In this document: positions 10,463 to 20,000 of the stretch, in pieces
How the letters are laid out: every line of letters starts with the position of its first letter
Numbering within the stretch: the first letter of the stretch is position 1
NCBI GenBank assembly: GCA_016618085.1
Contig: JABLTG010000030.1
Coordinates: forward strand, 120,161-140,160
DNA: 20,000 nucleotides
Origin: Neovahlkampfia damariscottae
Taxonomy: Eukaryota
Reading direction: 5' to 3'
Position numbers and translations under genes: made by a program
The notes under the pieces: model-generated
Database searches by the model: none
What the model saw: only the letters and a program-made list of their open reading frames with translations
Told to the model about the DNA's origin: nothing

Positions 10463-10798
10463 ATGAAAAATGAAACAAAAAATGGAAATGAAAAACAACA
10501 TAAAGCAAAAAAACCACACAAAAAAGCTAAATTTGTTGATAAAACTACAAAAAATGTAGAAAAAAAACCAAAAATTCCAAAATCTTATGAAAAAATAATG
10601 AACACGTATGAAGCAAAAACAAGAGAAAGAGAAGAAGAAAAAAAAGAATTTGAAGAAAAATTAAAAACAAAAAGAATGAAAGAAAAAAAAAGAATCGAAA
10701 AATCAAAAAATTTTAAAAAAACAAATTCAAGAGGACAACCATTGATGAAGTACAGAATCAAAGATATACTCTCAAAACTTGAGGAAGAAAGAAAATAA
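10463..10798 (+). CDS. rRNA-processing protein, Fyv7/TAP26 (CCDC59) family
   Basis: Lys/Glu-rich coiled coil ending in KKTNSRGQPLMKYRIKDILSKLE, the characteristic GQP-x-M motif of this family. Confidence 0.78.
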   Translation: MKNETKNGNEKQHKAKKPHKKAKFVDKTTKNVEKKPKIPKSYEKIMNTYEAKTREREEEKKEFEEKLKTKRMKEKKRIEKSKNFKKTNSRGQPLMKYRIKDILSKLEEERK

Positions 10799-10994
10799 AA
10801 AATTTTGTAAATATTCTTGTTCCAAAAAGAATAAGAAGTCGTAGAAAATAAATTCCGACATTTTAGTTCCATAACAAAGATACTTATACTAGCGTGTATA
10901 TTTTTATTCAACTCTATTTTTTTATTTTTAAGAGTTTGATCATTCAACTAAAAAAAAGAAATGGGGTCAAAAAAAAATTGAAAGAAAATATTTT

Positions 10995-11630
10995 TTATTC
11001 AATTTCACTAACATCAGGTAAAGAGATAAACAATGGTCCAATACCAGTTTCTTGTACTTTCATTGAAGAATATGAATCCAATATTAATTTCGAAATATTA
11101 TTAACAAATTTCAATTCCTTCTCATCAATACCACTTTCTGAAAATTTTTGTTTTAAATTTGTTTGATCATCAAAATTACAAATACCTTAGTGACTAAATT
11201 AATTTTATTTTTCTCCAAACCAAAAACTTCATCTCGACAAAGTTCACCCATTAAAATATTATTATTAACATTCATGAGTGGTGATTTTTCTGAAAAATTT
11301 GAATAACCTGGTGATTGAGCTATGTTTATTAAATTTCTATTCATTTTTGAAAAATTAAAAAAAAAAAAAAAACTTTTCTGCTTGGCTTATTATTTTTTGA
11401 AAGACTTCAATATCTTTTATTTTTGAATCACTATATGATTCTGGCATTTGATTGAAACTATTTGAACCTGGTTTATTCAAATGAATAGAAGAAGCAACGT
11501 CTTTTGAGCTTGTCGAAGGACTTTTTTGAATTAATGTTTTAGGAGCTGAGTCATGTCTTGTATTTTGATTTTTTGAAATTCTACTTCTTTCTATATCATT
11601 ATTTGTTGGATTTGAACAAGCTGAACCCAT
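10995..11630 (-). CDS. Ragulator anchor subunit, LAMTOR1/Ego1-like
   Basis: N-terminal MGSACS (myristoylation plus palmitoylation pattern); FQKIISQAEKNLINI; C-terminal SGIDEKELKFVNNISKLILDSYSSMKVQETGIGPLFISLP. Introns 11337-11373 and 11186-11220; TAA at 10995-10997. Confidence 0.68.
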
Positions 11631-11730
11631 TTACTCTCCACTTGATTTATTCTGTACAATTTGGTTTTTGATTGGTTGGAAATTCACCTTCCAAATAAGA
11701 AGATTTTTCTTTTAAAAAAAAATAAATTTT

Positions 11731-13118
11731 TTATTCTTCTGGGTATATCCAACCTGCATCTGAAAAATAATCGTATAATTTTGATGCTTTCAAATGATCT
11801 TTCATTCCAAGCATTTTTACAGCTGTTGATTTTTTTAGCCCTTCTGACATCTCACACTGCCGAATACAGGCATCTTTTGATACCATATACTGTTTTGGTG
11901 GTATTTTTAAAGATACACAAATTTCTTTTTCATCTTGAGATAATAATTCGAATCCAATCATTGAAGAGATTTCACTGAGTGCTGAAGAATCAGAAAATGA
12001 TCTTCTTGATCGATATCTTTCTCTAATAGATTCAGTTTCACGATTTTTTTTTAATGTTTCATATTTTTCTGATTGTTGTACTGTTTGAATTCCCAGACCA
12101 CGATATTCATAAAGCTTTTTGATTCGATCCTAATTTTCCATTTTTTATTCGAATTTTTTTTTTGTCTTACAATAATCATTTGTTCATTCAATAAACCTGA
12201 ATAAAAATCATTAAATTCATCTTGTTCTAAAAATCTTGCAAATGGTTTGATTTTATTATAAATATCTCTTTCTTCTCTTGATCGTTTCTTATCTGTATTT
12301 TGTGCTTTTTTGTAATCAACAAAACCTCTTTCAATAGCAAACTCTTTTCGTTTATTACGTTCATCAAGTTTAAATGAATATCCCTCCAATACTTTTGCTT
12401 TTAATTCATCAGTAGTTGGATCATTTCTTAATCCCATTTGAGCAAGTATCACTTCCGCATCATTTTCATATTCTTCAGTAAAATCTCTTCTCATTGGTAA
12501 ATATCCAATTTCAGCACCAATATAAATTTTCTTTTTCTTTGATGAAATTCTTTTCTTTTTTGATATCCAATAACCTTTTTCATCTTTCACTAAATCATCA
12601 TAATTTACTTCTGTATCATCAATCATTTCTTTAATTTCCTAAAAAAGTTATTTGATTTTTAAATTTATTACTTCCTGTGGCGTTTCAATATATGTACTCC
12701 AATAATGATAATCGCATTGGACTTTTGTTTTTGTTCCAACATGTTCTGCAATGTCAATCCAATTACCCAACCCAAACATTTCAATTCCTTCAAGTAATAA
12801 AATTTCCTCTTCTGCTGACCTGTTTTTTTAAAAAAAATGTTAATGGTTTTTTTTGAAATACCAAGTTTTTGTGTAAAGAGGTTTTGATAAACCATCAATA
12901 ACTCTATAATCATGATTTGACTTGTGTAATCCAATTTCAACTCCTACACTAAAACAGTCACAACAAAGGTCGAAATCTTTGCACACAGCGCATTTTATCC
13001 GAACTTCACTTGAAATGTCTGTTGTACAGTAATCACAGTGGTATCTACCACCACCTTTTTTTTCTTCTTTTGTTTCTTTATCGTCTTTTTTCAATTTTTT
13101 TTTTGAAGGAGAGGACAT
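11731..13118 (-). CDS. ADA2: Transcriptional adapter ADA2 (SAGA complex; ZZ zinc finger, SANT, SWIRM)
   Basis: ZZ finger YHCDYC..IKCAVCKDFDLCCDCFSVG; SANT WSAEEEILLLEGIEMFGLGNWIDIAEHVG; GYLPMRRDFTEEYENDAE; SWIRM-like C-terminus ending YFSDAGWI. Introns 12820-12861, 12639-12671, 12130-12170. ATG at 13118. Confidence 0.95.
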
Positions 13119-13137
13119 GAAGAAAAAATGTGCTTCA

Positions 13138-13172
13138 AAATTATTGGTTAAAAAAAAATAGACCAATAATTT
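13138..13172. promoter_or_regulatory. Candidate bidirectional promoter element: 11-bp inverted repeat carrying ATTGG/CCAAT boxes
   Basis: aaattattggt (13138-13148) and accaataattt (13162-13172) lie in the 67-bp gap between the divergent ATGs at 13118 and 13186. Confidence 0.55.
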
Positions 13173-13185
13173 AACCCAACGGAAA

Positions 13186-14330
13186 ATGATGAGAAGAATA
13201 ACCACAAAACTTCTCAAACAAACTCGTTTTGTATCAAAAAATGTCTCAAAAATAAATATGGCTGAAAGGGCAGAAAACTTTCAAGTTCTTATTGTTTCCT
13301 TTGCTTTTGGTTTAGCTGGTTCTTTTGCTTACCGTTATTTCAACGAAAAATCAGAAAATAAAGAATCCGAAACCATTGATAGTTAGAAACTAAATTTTAT
13401 TAAACTTTAAAGTATCAAAAATAGAAGATGAACAAAAAGAAAAAATCAGAAAACAATTTGAACAATACGTAGACTTAATTGAAGACGGAGAAAAATCAAT
13501 GTCACTTGAAGCATTTATAAAATCAATTACTCATGAAAAGGTCACCTTAAAAGAATCTCAAGTTCCTGAAGACTTGAAAGTTATGTTTGTTATGGCTGAT
13601 TTAAACGGAAACGGAGTTTTAAGTTTCTCAGAATACTCATTCTTCTTAACTTTATTATCAAGTTCAAATGAAAGATTCAAATTAGCATTTGAAATGATGG
13701 ACAAAGATGGAAGTGGAAAAATTGATTTAAATGAATTTATGCAAATTATGAATACAGAAGGAGTTGATTCAAAATTTGTAAATTCAATGAAACAATTACC
13801 ACTTATGCATAAATTCTTTGGTGAGGATTGCTCTGGTGAACTTTCTTTTTCCGAGTTTTCTTCTTTTGTTCATGTAAAAAAACAGAATTCATTTGACTTT
13901 TTTTTTCTAGACTTTAAAGAGATCTATTTTACAATATGAATTTAAATTCCATTCAAATGGAAGTAAAACATTAACTTATAATCAATTTTTTGATATTGTC
14001 AATAATAGTTTATTTTATAATCAAACATTAAGTCCAGAGTTAAAAAAACAACTTCAATTGTTAAAAAAAAAGAAATCAATCAAATACATTGATTTTGAAA
14101 CATTTGAAGATTTTCATTCGATGAGTCAAAATTTTTCAGCAATTAAAAAAGCTGTTGAATTATATGATTCTATTGGAATTGATTTGAATAGAAAAGCATT
14201 TAAAAATGCAGTTGAAAAAGTGTCTGGATTGAAAGTTAATGAACGTGTTGTTGATTTAGTCTTTGCTTTGTTTGATGAAGACAACAATGGTGTATTGGAA
14301 TTAGAAGAATTTAAACAGTCATTAAATTAA
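13186..14330 (+). CDS. Mitochondrial calcium uptake protein (MICU family, EF-hand)
   Basis: Basic presequence MMRRITTKLLKQTRF followed by a hydrophobic segment; DLNGNGVLSFSEYSFFLTLLS, AFEMMDKDGSGKIDLNEF, FFGEDCSGELSFSEF, ILQYEF, VFALFDEDNNGVLELEEF. Introns 13382-13412 and 13874-13910. Confidence 0.85.
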
Positions 14331-14422
14331 TAAATATTAATTTTTGAACTGTTTTTCTTTCCCTTGCTGATTAATTTATACTCAATGATTCTTCAAAATA
14401 ATGAACACCAAAGTAATTTTTT

Positions 14423-15556
14423 TTATTTCCAACATTTTTGATATAATTTCATTCCTAAATTGGTGATTTCTTTTCGTTTTTCTAAGTTTTCATAATTATT
14501 GTAGTAGACTCCTTTGAATCCATAAAGTGCTCCAAACCAAGCTCCTGCTATTGTCCCTGTTGAATCAGAATCACCATAATGAAATGCTCCTCTTTTCATC
14601 AATTCTTCCCAATTATCAGATGCTCCCAAAATTGCATCATATGCAATAATACAACTATCATCACCACTGGCTCCACCCCAACCTGCATAAGACCATTTTT
14701 TATAAAATTCATCTCTTTCTTTGATACCATACTCATTGGGAAATACAGGATCATTTTTTCCATCTAAGATACCTCTTATTTTTAAATAATTCGTGAATTG
14801 TTTTTCAAATATCTTCATATCTTCCTTGATCATCTTCCAATCTCTTTTTGTAGATTCTAAATATTTTTCACATCTTGGAAGTAAATCTGGAATGTTAAAT
14901 CTTAAACTTTTTTTTACCATTCAACAAAATATAACCCCATTTTTTTGGTGGAACTTTTTCTAAAGCTAATGATGTAAATGCAGCACTTACCATTGCTCCT
15001 AGAAAACCTGTTGGGTGATTATGTGTCAATCTTCCACTTTCTATTGAAATGGATATTAATAAATCTCTATTTTTTTCATTTGGAAAAGCTAAACCGATAC
15101 ACATTGCTCTCATAGAACCACCACAACCTTAAAAAAAAAACTCAAAAAAAAAAAAGGATTGTTACCTCCACCTGATTTGTTATATTCGACTTCATTCCAT
15201 TTTATACTCTTTAATTTTCTTACACCATATCCACACGTTGGTCCTGCTGCTCTTCCTGGCATATCTGTCCAACAATCAATGTATTCTTTTGCCATTTGTG
15301 TCATAATTTCATCAATTGTTTTGAATGAATGTAAAAGAGCTTTAGAAGTAGCAATATGCATAACTGTATCATCTGAGTATTTCCAGTCATCAACTTTTAC
15401 ATTTTTTAACCCTCCTAATTCATCTAATTCTTTGTGTATTTTTTCTCCACTGAAACAAAATTCCCATGAACCATTTTTATAACCTAATACATCACCTACA
15501 GCTGCTAAAACCATAGAAGCCACATATTTTTCTTCGCACTCTGTTTCAAAGTTCAT
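14423..15556 (-). CDS. ADPRH: ADP-ribosylglycohydrolase, ARH1-like [protein ADP-ribosylarginine] hydrolase
   Basis: [72 protein letters not shown]. Introns 15128-15165 and 14887-14917. Confidence 0.9.
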
Positions 15557-15616
15557 TTGTCAACTAATTTTTGGTTGGTCGATTTTCTATTTTTAGATTA
15601 GAAAAAGTTGAAGATT

Positions 15617-17157
15617 TTATTTTCTTTTTTTAAATTGAATTTGAAGATTCTTTAGTTTCAAAACGACAACCAATTCCATTGAAACTGTTTCTGGATTGAA
15701 ATCCTTTGGAAAGAACAATTCATATCTTTGAATTAATATTGATGAAATAATTTTCGCTTCTAACATTGCTAAATTCTTTCCAGCACAATCTCTTTGACCA
15801 ACTGAAAATGGAAAATAACAAAATTTCAGTTTTTGTTCATCAATATTGTTCCATCGTCTTGGATTGAATTCTTCTGGATTTTCCCAATATTTTTCGGAAT
15901 AATGAAGACCAACTACATTCAAATGACAAATTGTGTTCTTTGGGAGTGCATAACCAGCAAGATCTTCATCTTTATCTGACCATCTTGCTAAAGTGACCAC
16001 AGGAGGACACATTCTTAAACTCTCTTTGATGCAACAAAGCAATAAGTTCAATTTTTTTACATTTTCAAAATTTGGTGATTCTTCTTTCAAAACATATGTA
16101 ATTTCTTCATAGACTTCCTGTTGAAGTTTTGGATTTTTTGCAAGTTGAAAAAATAAGTAATTTAAAGCAGATGAAGTTGTATCATGACCAGCAAATAAAA
16201 AAGTCTAAATGATTAATCAAATATACCTTACCAGGCATTCATCAAATAATTCCTGTTTTGAGAAATTCTTTCCTTCTTCATCTGAAGCATCCATCATTAG
16301 TGACAAGAGATCTTGAAATCCATCTCCATTTGAATCAATTGAATTTCTTCTTTGATCGACTATAGATTCAATTTTCTTTTCAATACTTTTTTTTATTCCT
16401 TTGTATTTTGTGATTATCGGAAGAGGCATAGAATAAATCCATCTTCCAAATGCTGAAACTAATACCATTACTGGAAGTCCATTTTTGATTAAATCTGAGA
16501 AATTTTTCGCCAATTCTGATGTTATTGATGGTTCAGTTCCGAATCCAATGGATAGAATTAGTGATAGGGTCATTTCTGAAACGTTTTTGATAAAATTTGG
16601 AAAGATGAGTATTTCATTATTTTTTTCCAATAAATCCAAAAGTCTGTTTGTTTCAAAAACAATCTTTTTATCCATATTTTGAAGATTTTGTTGAGAAAAT
16701 GAAGGCATGATTAAATTTCGATGTCTTTTCCAAATATTTCCTTCAATGGTAACTAATCCAGAGCCAAGAAGTATTTCCAGCATAGTATTGATTTCATCTG
16801 TTTTTTTCCATTTTTGTTGAACTGTAATTTGTTTTATTGCTTCTGGATCAGTAACATAAACAACTGCAAGACGGAATTAAAAAAACAAAAAAATTCACCC
16901 AAATTTAAAAATGAGTCTTGATGTACAACTGGTGTCTCATAGTCTTTGAAACTCTTAAAATGATGAAATCCATAATCTGGTGTGGAGCTTTCAAGACCAA
17001 ACATGTATTTTGTTGAATTCATAATTTTCAAGTTTTTGGTTTTGTTCAATCTGGATACATTGGCAAACCATTGATATCTTTTGTAACAATTTGACAAAAT
17101 AATAATCAAAACAAGCGATAAGATCAACAAAAAAAAATAAAAAATCAATTGAAACAT
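15617..17157 (-). CDS. Cytochrome P450 (ER-anchored)
   Basis: N-terminal TM anchor; WKRHR; I-helix TFLFAGHDTTS; ExxR (ESLR); FNPRRW; heme motif FSVGQRDCAG. Introns 16864-16898 and 16205-16231. Confidence 0.95.
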
Positions 17158-17340
17158 TCAAGAATCGAGTAGTATTTTTCCGGTAGTTTTTGATTTGCTG
17201 TAGTATTTAAACGTGCAGAAACTAATTTGGAAGTATTAACTGAATTTTGGAACCTTTGCAATGGAATCTATTTTTTATCATTCCTCCATTTAAATAGAAC
17301 AGTTTATTAATTTTCCTACTTTTCTTTGCGGTACAACTAT

Positions 17341-19256
17341 TTAACAAATTGATCTGAAAAATATTTAGGAAGAAAATAAAATACTTGAAACCAAGATATG
17401 ATCCTCTTTGTACATCCGAAAATACTCTGATAATACCAACAATTCCCATTGAAACTATTGCAAAATGTTTAAGAAATTTGAATCAATATTACTGGATGAA
17501 AGCAACACAATTAGTGCGAGTAATAAAATCAAGAAACTAGGTCTTTGGAGATTTTTTGGCAGAATTTTAGAAGAAAATTGTCCAATCAATGCACCAAAGA
17601 ATCCAGCTAATCCAAACCAAACAGCATAATCAGCAGGAATAATTTTGAAAATTGCATATTGAATTGTAGTTGAAGATACAGAAACAAACTATGATATGAG
17701 GAAAAGCTAAAACTTACAATGATCAAAGATGATGTTGAGGTTGCTATTTGAGGCAACAAACCCTTTAAATTCTTAAAATAAAAAACCAAAATACCATTTC
17801 GAGAAAAATTGGTCCTGTAATCATTCCACCACCAAGTCCCAATAATCCACCAAGTATTCCAGCAGATAAACAGAATATAGGTATAAAAAATGCATTTTTC
17901 GTTGTCCAATGAATATCTCCTTTCTAGATAATTTAATTTGTGATTCTTACTTGAAATTGATAGTTTAGCTGCATTTTGTTGGTATGTTTCATTCGTAAAT
18001 ACATGCTAAAACCAAAGCTGAAAAGAAATAGAATCGGAAAAATGACAATCCCTAAAAACCAATACGAAGGAGAACATGCTTTAACTCCTATGATACTTTT
18101 TCCTTTTCCACCTTTTAAAAAGGAGAAAAATACTAAAATTGACCATGAAAATAACAAAAACAATAATTTGGTGAGTGGGAATCTCACCTCTTCTTCCTTT
18201 AAAATCTTAAACAATTCTGATTGGACATCGCCATTGTCCAAAATATCTTCTTGTTGGAATTCAATAAGTTTTGCAGTTCCATTGATTTCATCTTCAAGAA
18301 TATCTAATGAATCCCTTTCAAAGTATTCAACTTCTTCATCAACGGCTTCGTTGATTAAATTTGTTTCAGGTTGTTGGATAACTTTGTCATCATCACTATT
18401 GATGACAATCGTATTTTCTTCAGATATTAAGTCCATATTTATTCCATATTTCGATTTTTCTCTTGTTTCTTCAATGAATAATTTGATTCCTTTATTTGCA
18501 GATCGAACTGCAGTGAACACTAACATTAGAAATAACAAAGTGATTGTTAACCAATTTGGAAAACTATCAAGGGTATAAAATCAATCAAAATTTACATGAT
18601 ATTAAAAATTACTCCAATTGAAGTTCCTGATAGAATGATTGGAGCTAAAAGAACGGCCACATCAAAATCAATCAAAGGTCTTTTTGCAACAGGATGTTTT
18701 TGCAGTGCATATACAAATACACTTGCTATTGAAGCTCCAAAAATAGTCACCTTATTTGTTAAATCAGTATTTTTTTACACTTGATATTGCTGTTGCCATT
18801 TGTGGTGTATATTCACCAATTGTCAACAAAATGGGAATAAATAATCCTCCACCACCGACACCTGAAGTGGCTGCTAAAGCTGCACCACCCATACATAACT
18901 AAAAAAATATCAATTTTTGTTTAATCATCACGATACTAAAGTTGCAAAAATGTCATGATTTGAAATCAAAGGAAATAAATTTCTGTGAATACATTCATTA
19001 TTTTTTAAGTCTGAAGAGTGAGGAAAACAATAAAAATTTGGGTAGTCAAAGCAGTGATCTTTTAAGATGTCACAAGTTCTTCAAAAAGTGAACCGTATTT
19101 TTTTGCTTACGAGCAAGTGTTGTTGTTGCATGCAAGACTTAATCCACATTTGTAGAATTGATTTCCATAGTCACATGATATAGTTTCAGGATTGGTCACG
19201 TTTAAAGTTTTACCGTGCACGAGCAAACTTAAAATCAGCAACAGAAAAATTTTCAT
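17341..19256 (-). CDS. Sulfite exporter TauE/SafE family membrane protein with signal peptide and Cys-rich N-terminal extension
   Basis: GVGGGGLFIP, KHPVAKRPLIDFD, GGLLGLGGGMITGPIFLEMGLLPQIATSTS; ends YLGFKSIC*. Nine introns: 19079-19110, 18899-18936, 18751-18778, 18564-18595, 17924-17950, 17763-17794, 17689-17717, 17455-17492, 17354-17384. Confidence 0.9.
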
Positions 19257-19279
19257 CGACCGGGTGCAATCCGATTGGA

Positions 19280-20000
19280 TTAAACTTCTTCTAAATTGAA
19301 ATGAAGTAAGTGGGGCAAAATCCGCAGGCGCTTATCAGAAATATTTCGTTCTGGTGCCCTGAGATCATCGGATTTCTTCTCCACTTGACCATCTTGAAAA
19401 TACTTGTTATATTTATTTATTTTATCAATTAATTGATTTTTATAAACTGGGTCATCTTGTTCTTTTATTTGTTCAAAAATTTCATTAAAATATTCTGTTG
19501 ACATTTCAGGTTTATCATTTTTATTTAAATTAAATTCATTTTTAAATTCAAATTCAGGATTTATTTCATTATTTGTTTCAATTTCTTTAGTTTCTTCAAT
19601 TTTTTTAACTTTTGGTTCCCTTTTTTTATATTTTCTTTTTGGTTTTATTTCAGGTTTGTTTGTTTTTTCTTCATTTAATTCAATAAAATTAAATTAATTG
19701 TATTGTAATGATTCTGAATAAGTTGACATGTATTGTTTGCATAATAATACATCAGCAAATTCTTTATCATTTTGTTTGAATAATTTCATGTTTTCTATTG
19801 ATTCTGTTTCATCATGAACTCTAACCTCTGTTTGATCATGGTTAAATGAAATATCATGATTTGTAATATTTATAATTGATTCATTAATTTTTAAATAAAT
19901 ATTTGTTAAATTTTTTTTGTAGATCACAGAAGGATGATATTTTAATGTGTATTTCAACCATTTTAACACTTCAATTAAATTTCCTGAATAATAAACAATA
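19280..20000 (-). pseudogene. Intronless reading frame entering from the window edge, interrupted by one in-frame TAA (19694-19696); possible degraded mobile-element or viral gene
   Basis: ORFs 19694-19969 and 19280-19504 share one frame, the 63 codons between them are open (FNFIELNEEKTNKPEIKPKRKYKKREPK...), and the frame is open up to position 20000. No convincing short GT-AG intron removes the stop. Confidence 0.4.
19306..19389. other. GC-rich imperfect long hairpin
   Basis: Nested complementary segments aagtgg/ccactt, aaatccg/cggattt, cagg/cctg and tatcagaa/ttctggtg (with G-U pairs). About 44% GC over 19261-19390 by hand count, against about 20% in 19441-19980. Confidence 0.55.

Noticed and set aside
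17222..17340. C-terminal extension of TauE given by ORF 17222-17449
   Set aside because: Intron 17354-17384 gives a family-like GFKSIC* end at 17341; the extension is intron read-through.
17976..18784. Plus-strand ORFs of 200 aa and 62 aa
   Set aside because: Antisense to well-supported TauE exons, with no motif of their own.
10463..19256. Functional gene cluster or operon among neighbouring genes
   Set aside because: The functions are unrelated housekeeping roles on mixed strands; adjacency reflects genome compaction.
19306..19389. SECIS, hammerhead or TPP riboswitch identity for the hairpin
   Set aside because: Only partial words (ATGA..GA, CCGATGA..GAAA, CTGAGA) are present; the required helices and remaining core motifs do not fit.
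19694..19696. Alternative genetic code (TAA read as Gln) suggested by the in-frame TAA
   Set aside because: TAA terminates recognisable genes at their expected C-termini (ADA2, ARH1, P450, TauE), and long host exons contain no in-frame TAA/TAG.
1..20000. Apparent widespread pseudogenisation or frameshifting of genes
   Set aside because: Almost every break is resolved by a 27-47 nt GT-AG intron that restores conserved motifs.

Overview
Gene-dense, very AT-rich eukaryotic (protist-type) genomic DNA in the standard genetic code, not a prokaryotic window. The fragmented ORF track is explained by about 48 tiny GT-AG introns of 27-47 nt, which I placed by hand. Spliced gene models in order: VPS35L (partial, -), glutaredoxin-like/MSP/coiled-coil/tail-anchor VAP-like protein (+), Tgs1-like cap methyltransferase (-), small hypothetical (-), two tandem RNI-like LRR paralogues (+), a signal-peptide membrane protein (-), Fyv7/TAP26 (+), LAMTOR1-like (-), ADA2 (-), MICU-like EF-hand protein (+), ARH1-like ADP-ribosylhydrolase (-), cytochrome P450 (-), TauE/SafE transporter (-), and an intronless, stop-interrupted frame at the right edge that may be a mobile or viral relic. 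The most striking signal is the LRR pair: all 17 introns are phase 1 and sit at nearly the same repeat position, giving symmetric one- or two-repeat exon cassettes (often exactly 84 nt), and both proteins end in a shared C-terminal motif. Also notable are CCAAT/ATTGG boxes near most start codons, extreme compaction including overlapping convergent CDS ends, and a GC-rich ~84-nt hairpin at 19306-19389. A heterolobosean/discoban origin is my guess and is unverified. All intron calls are manual and need RNA-seq.
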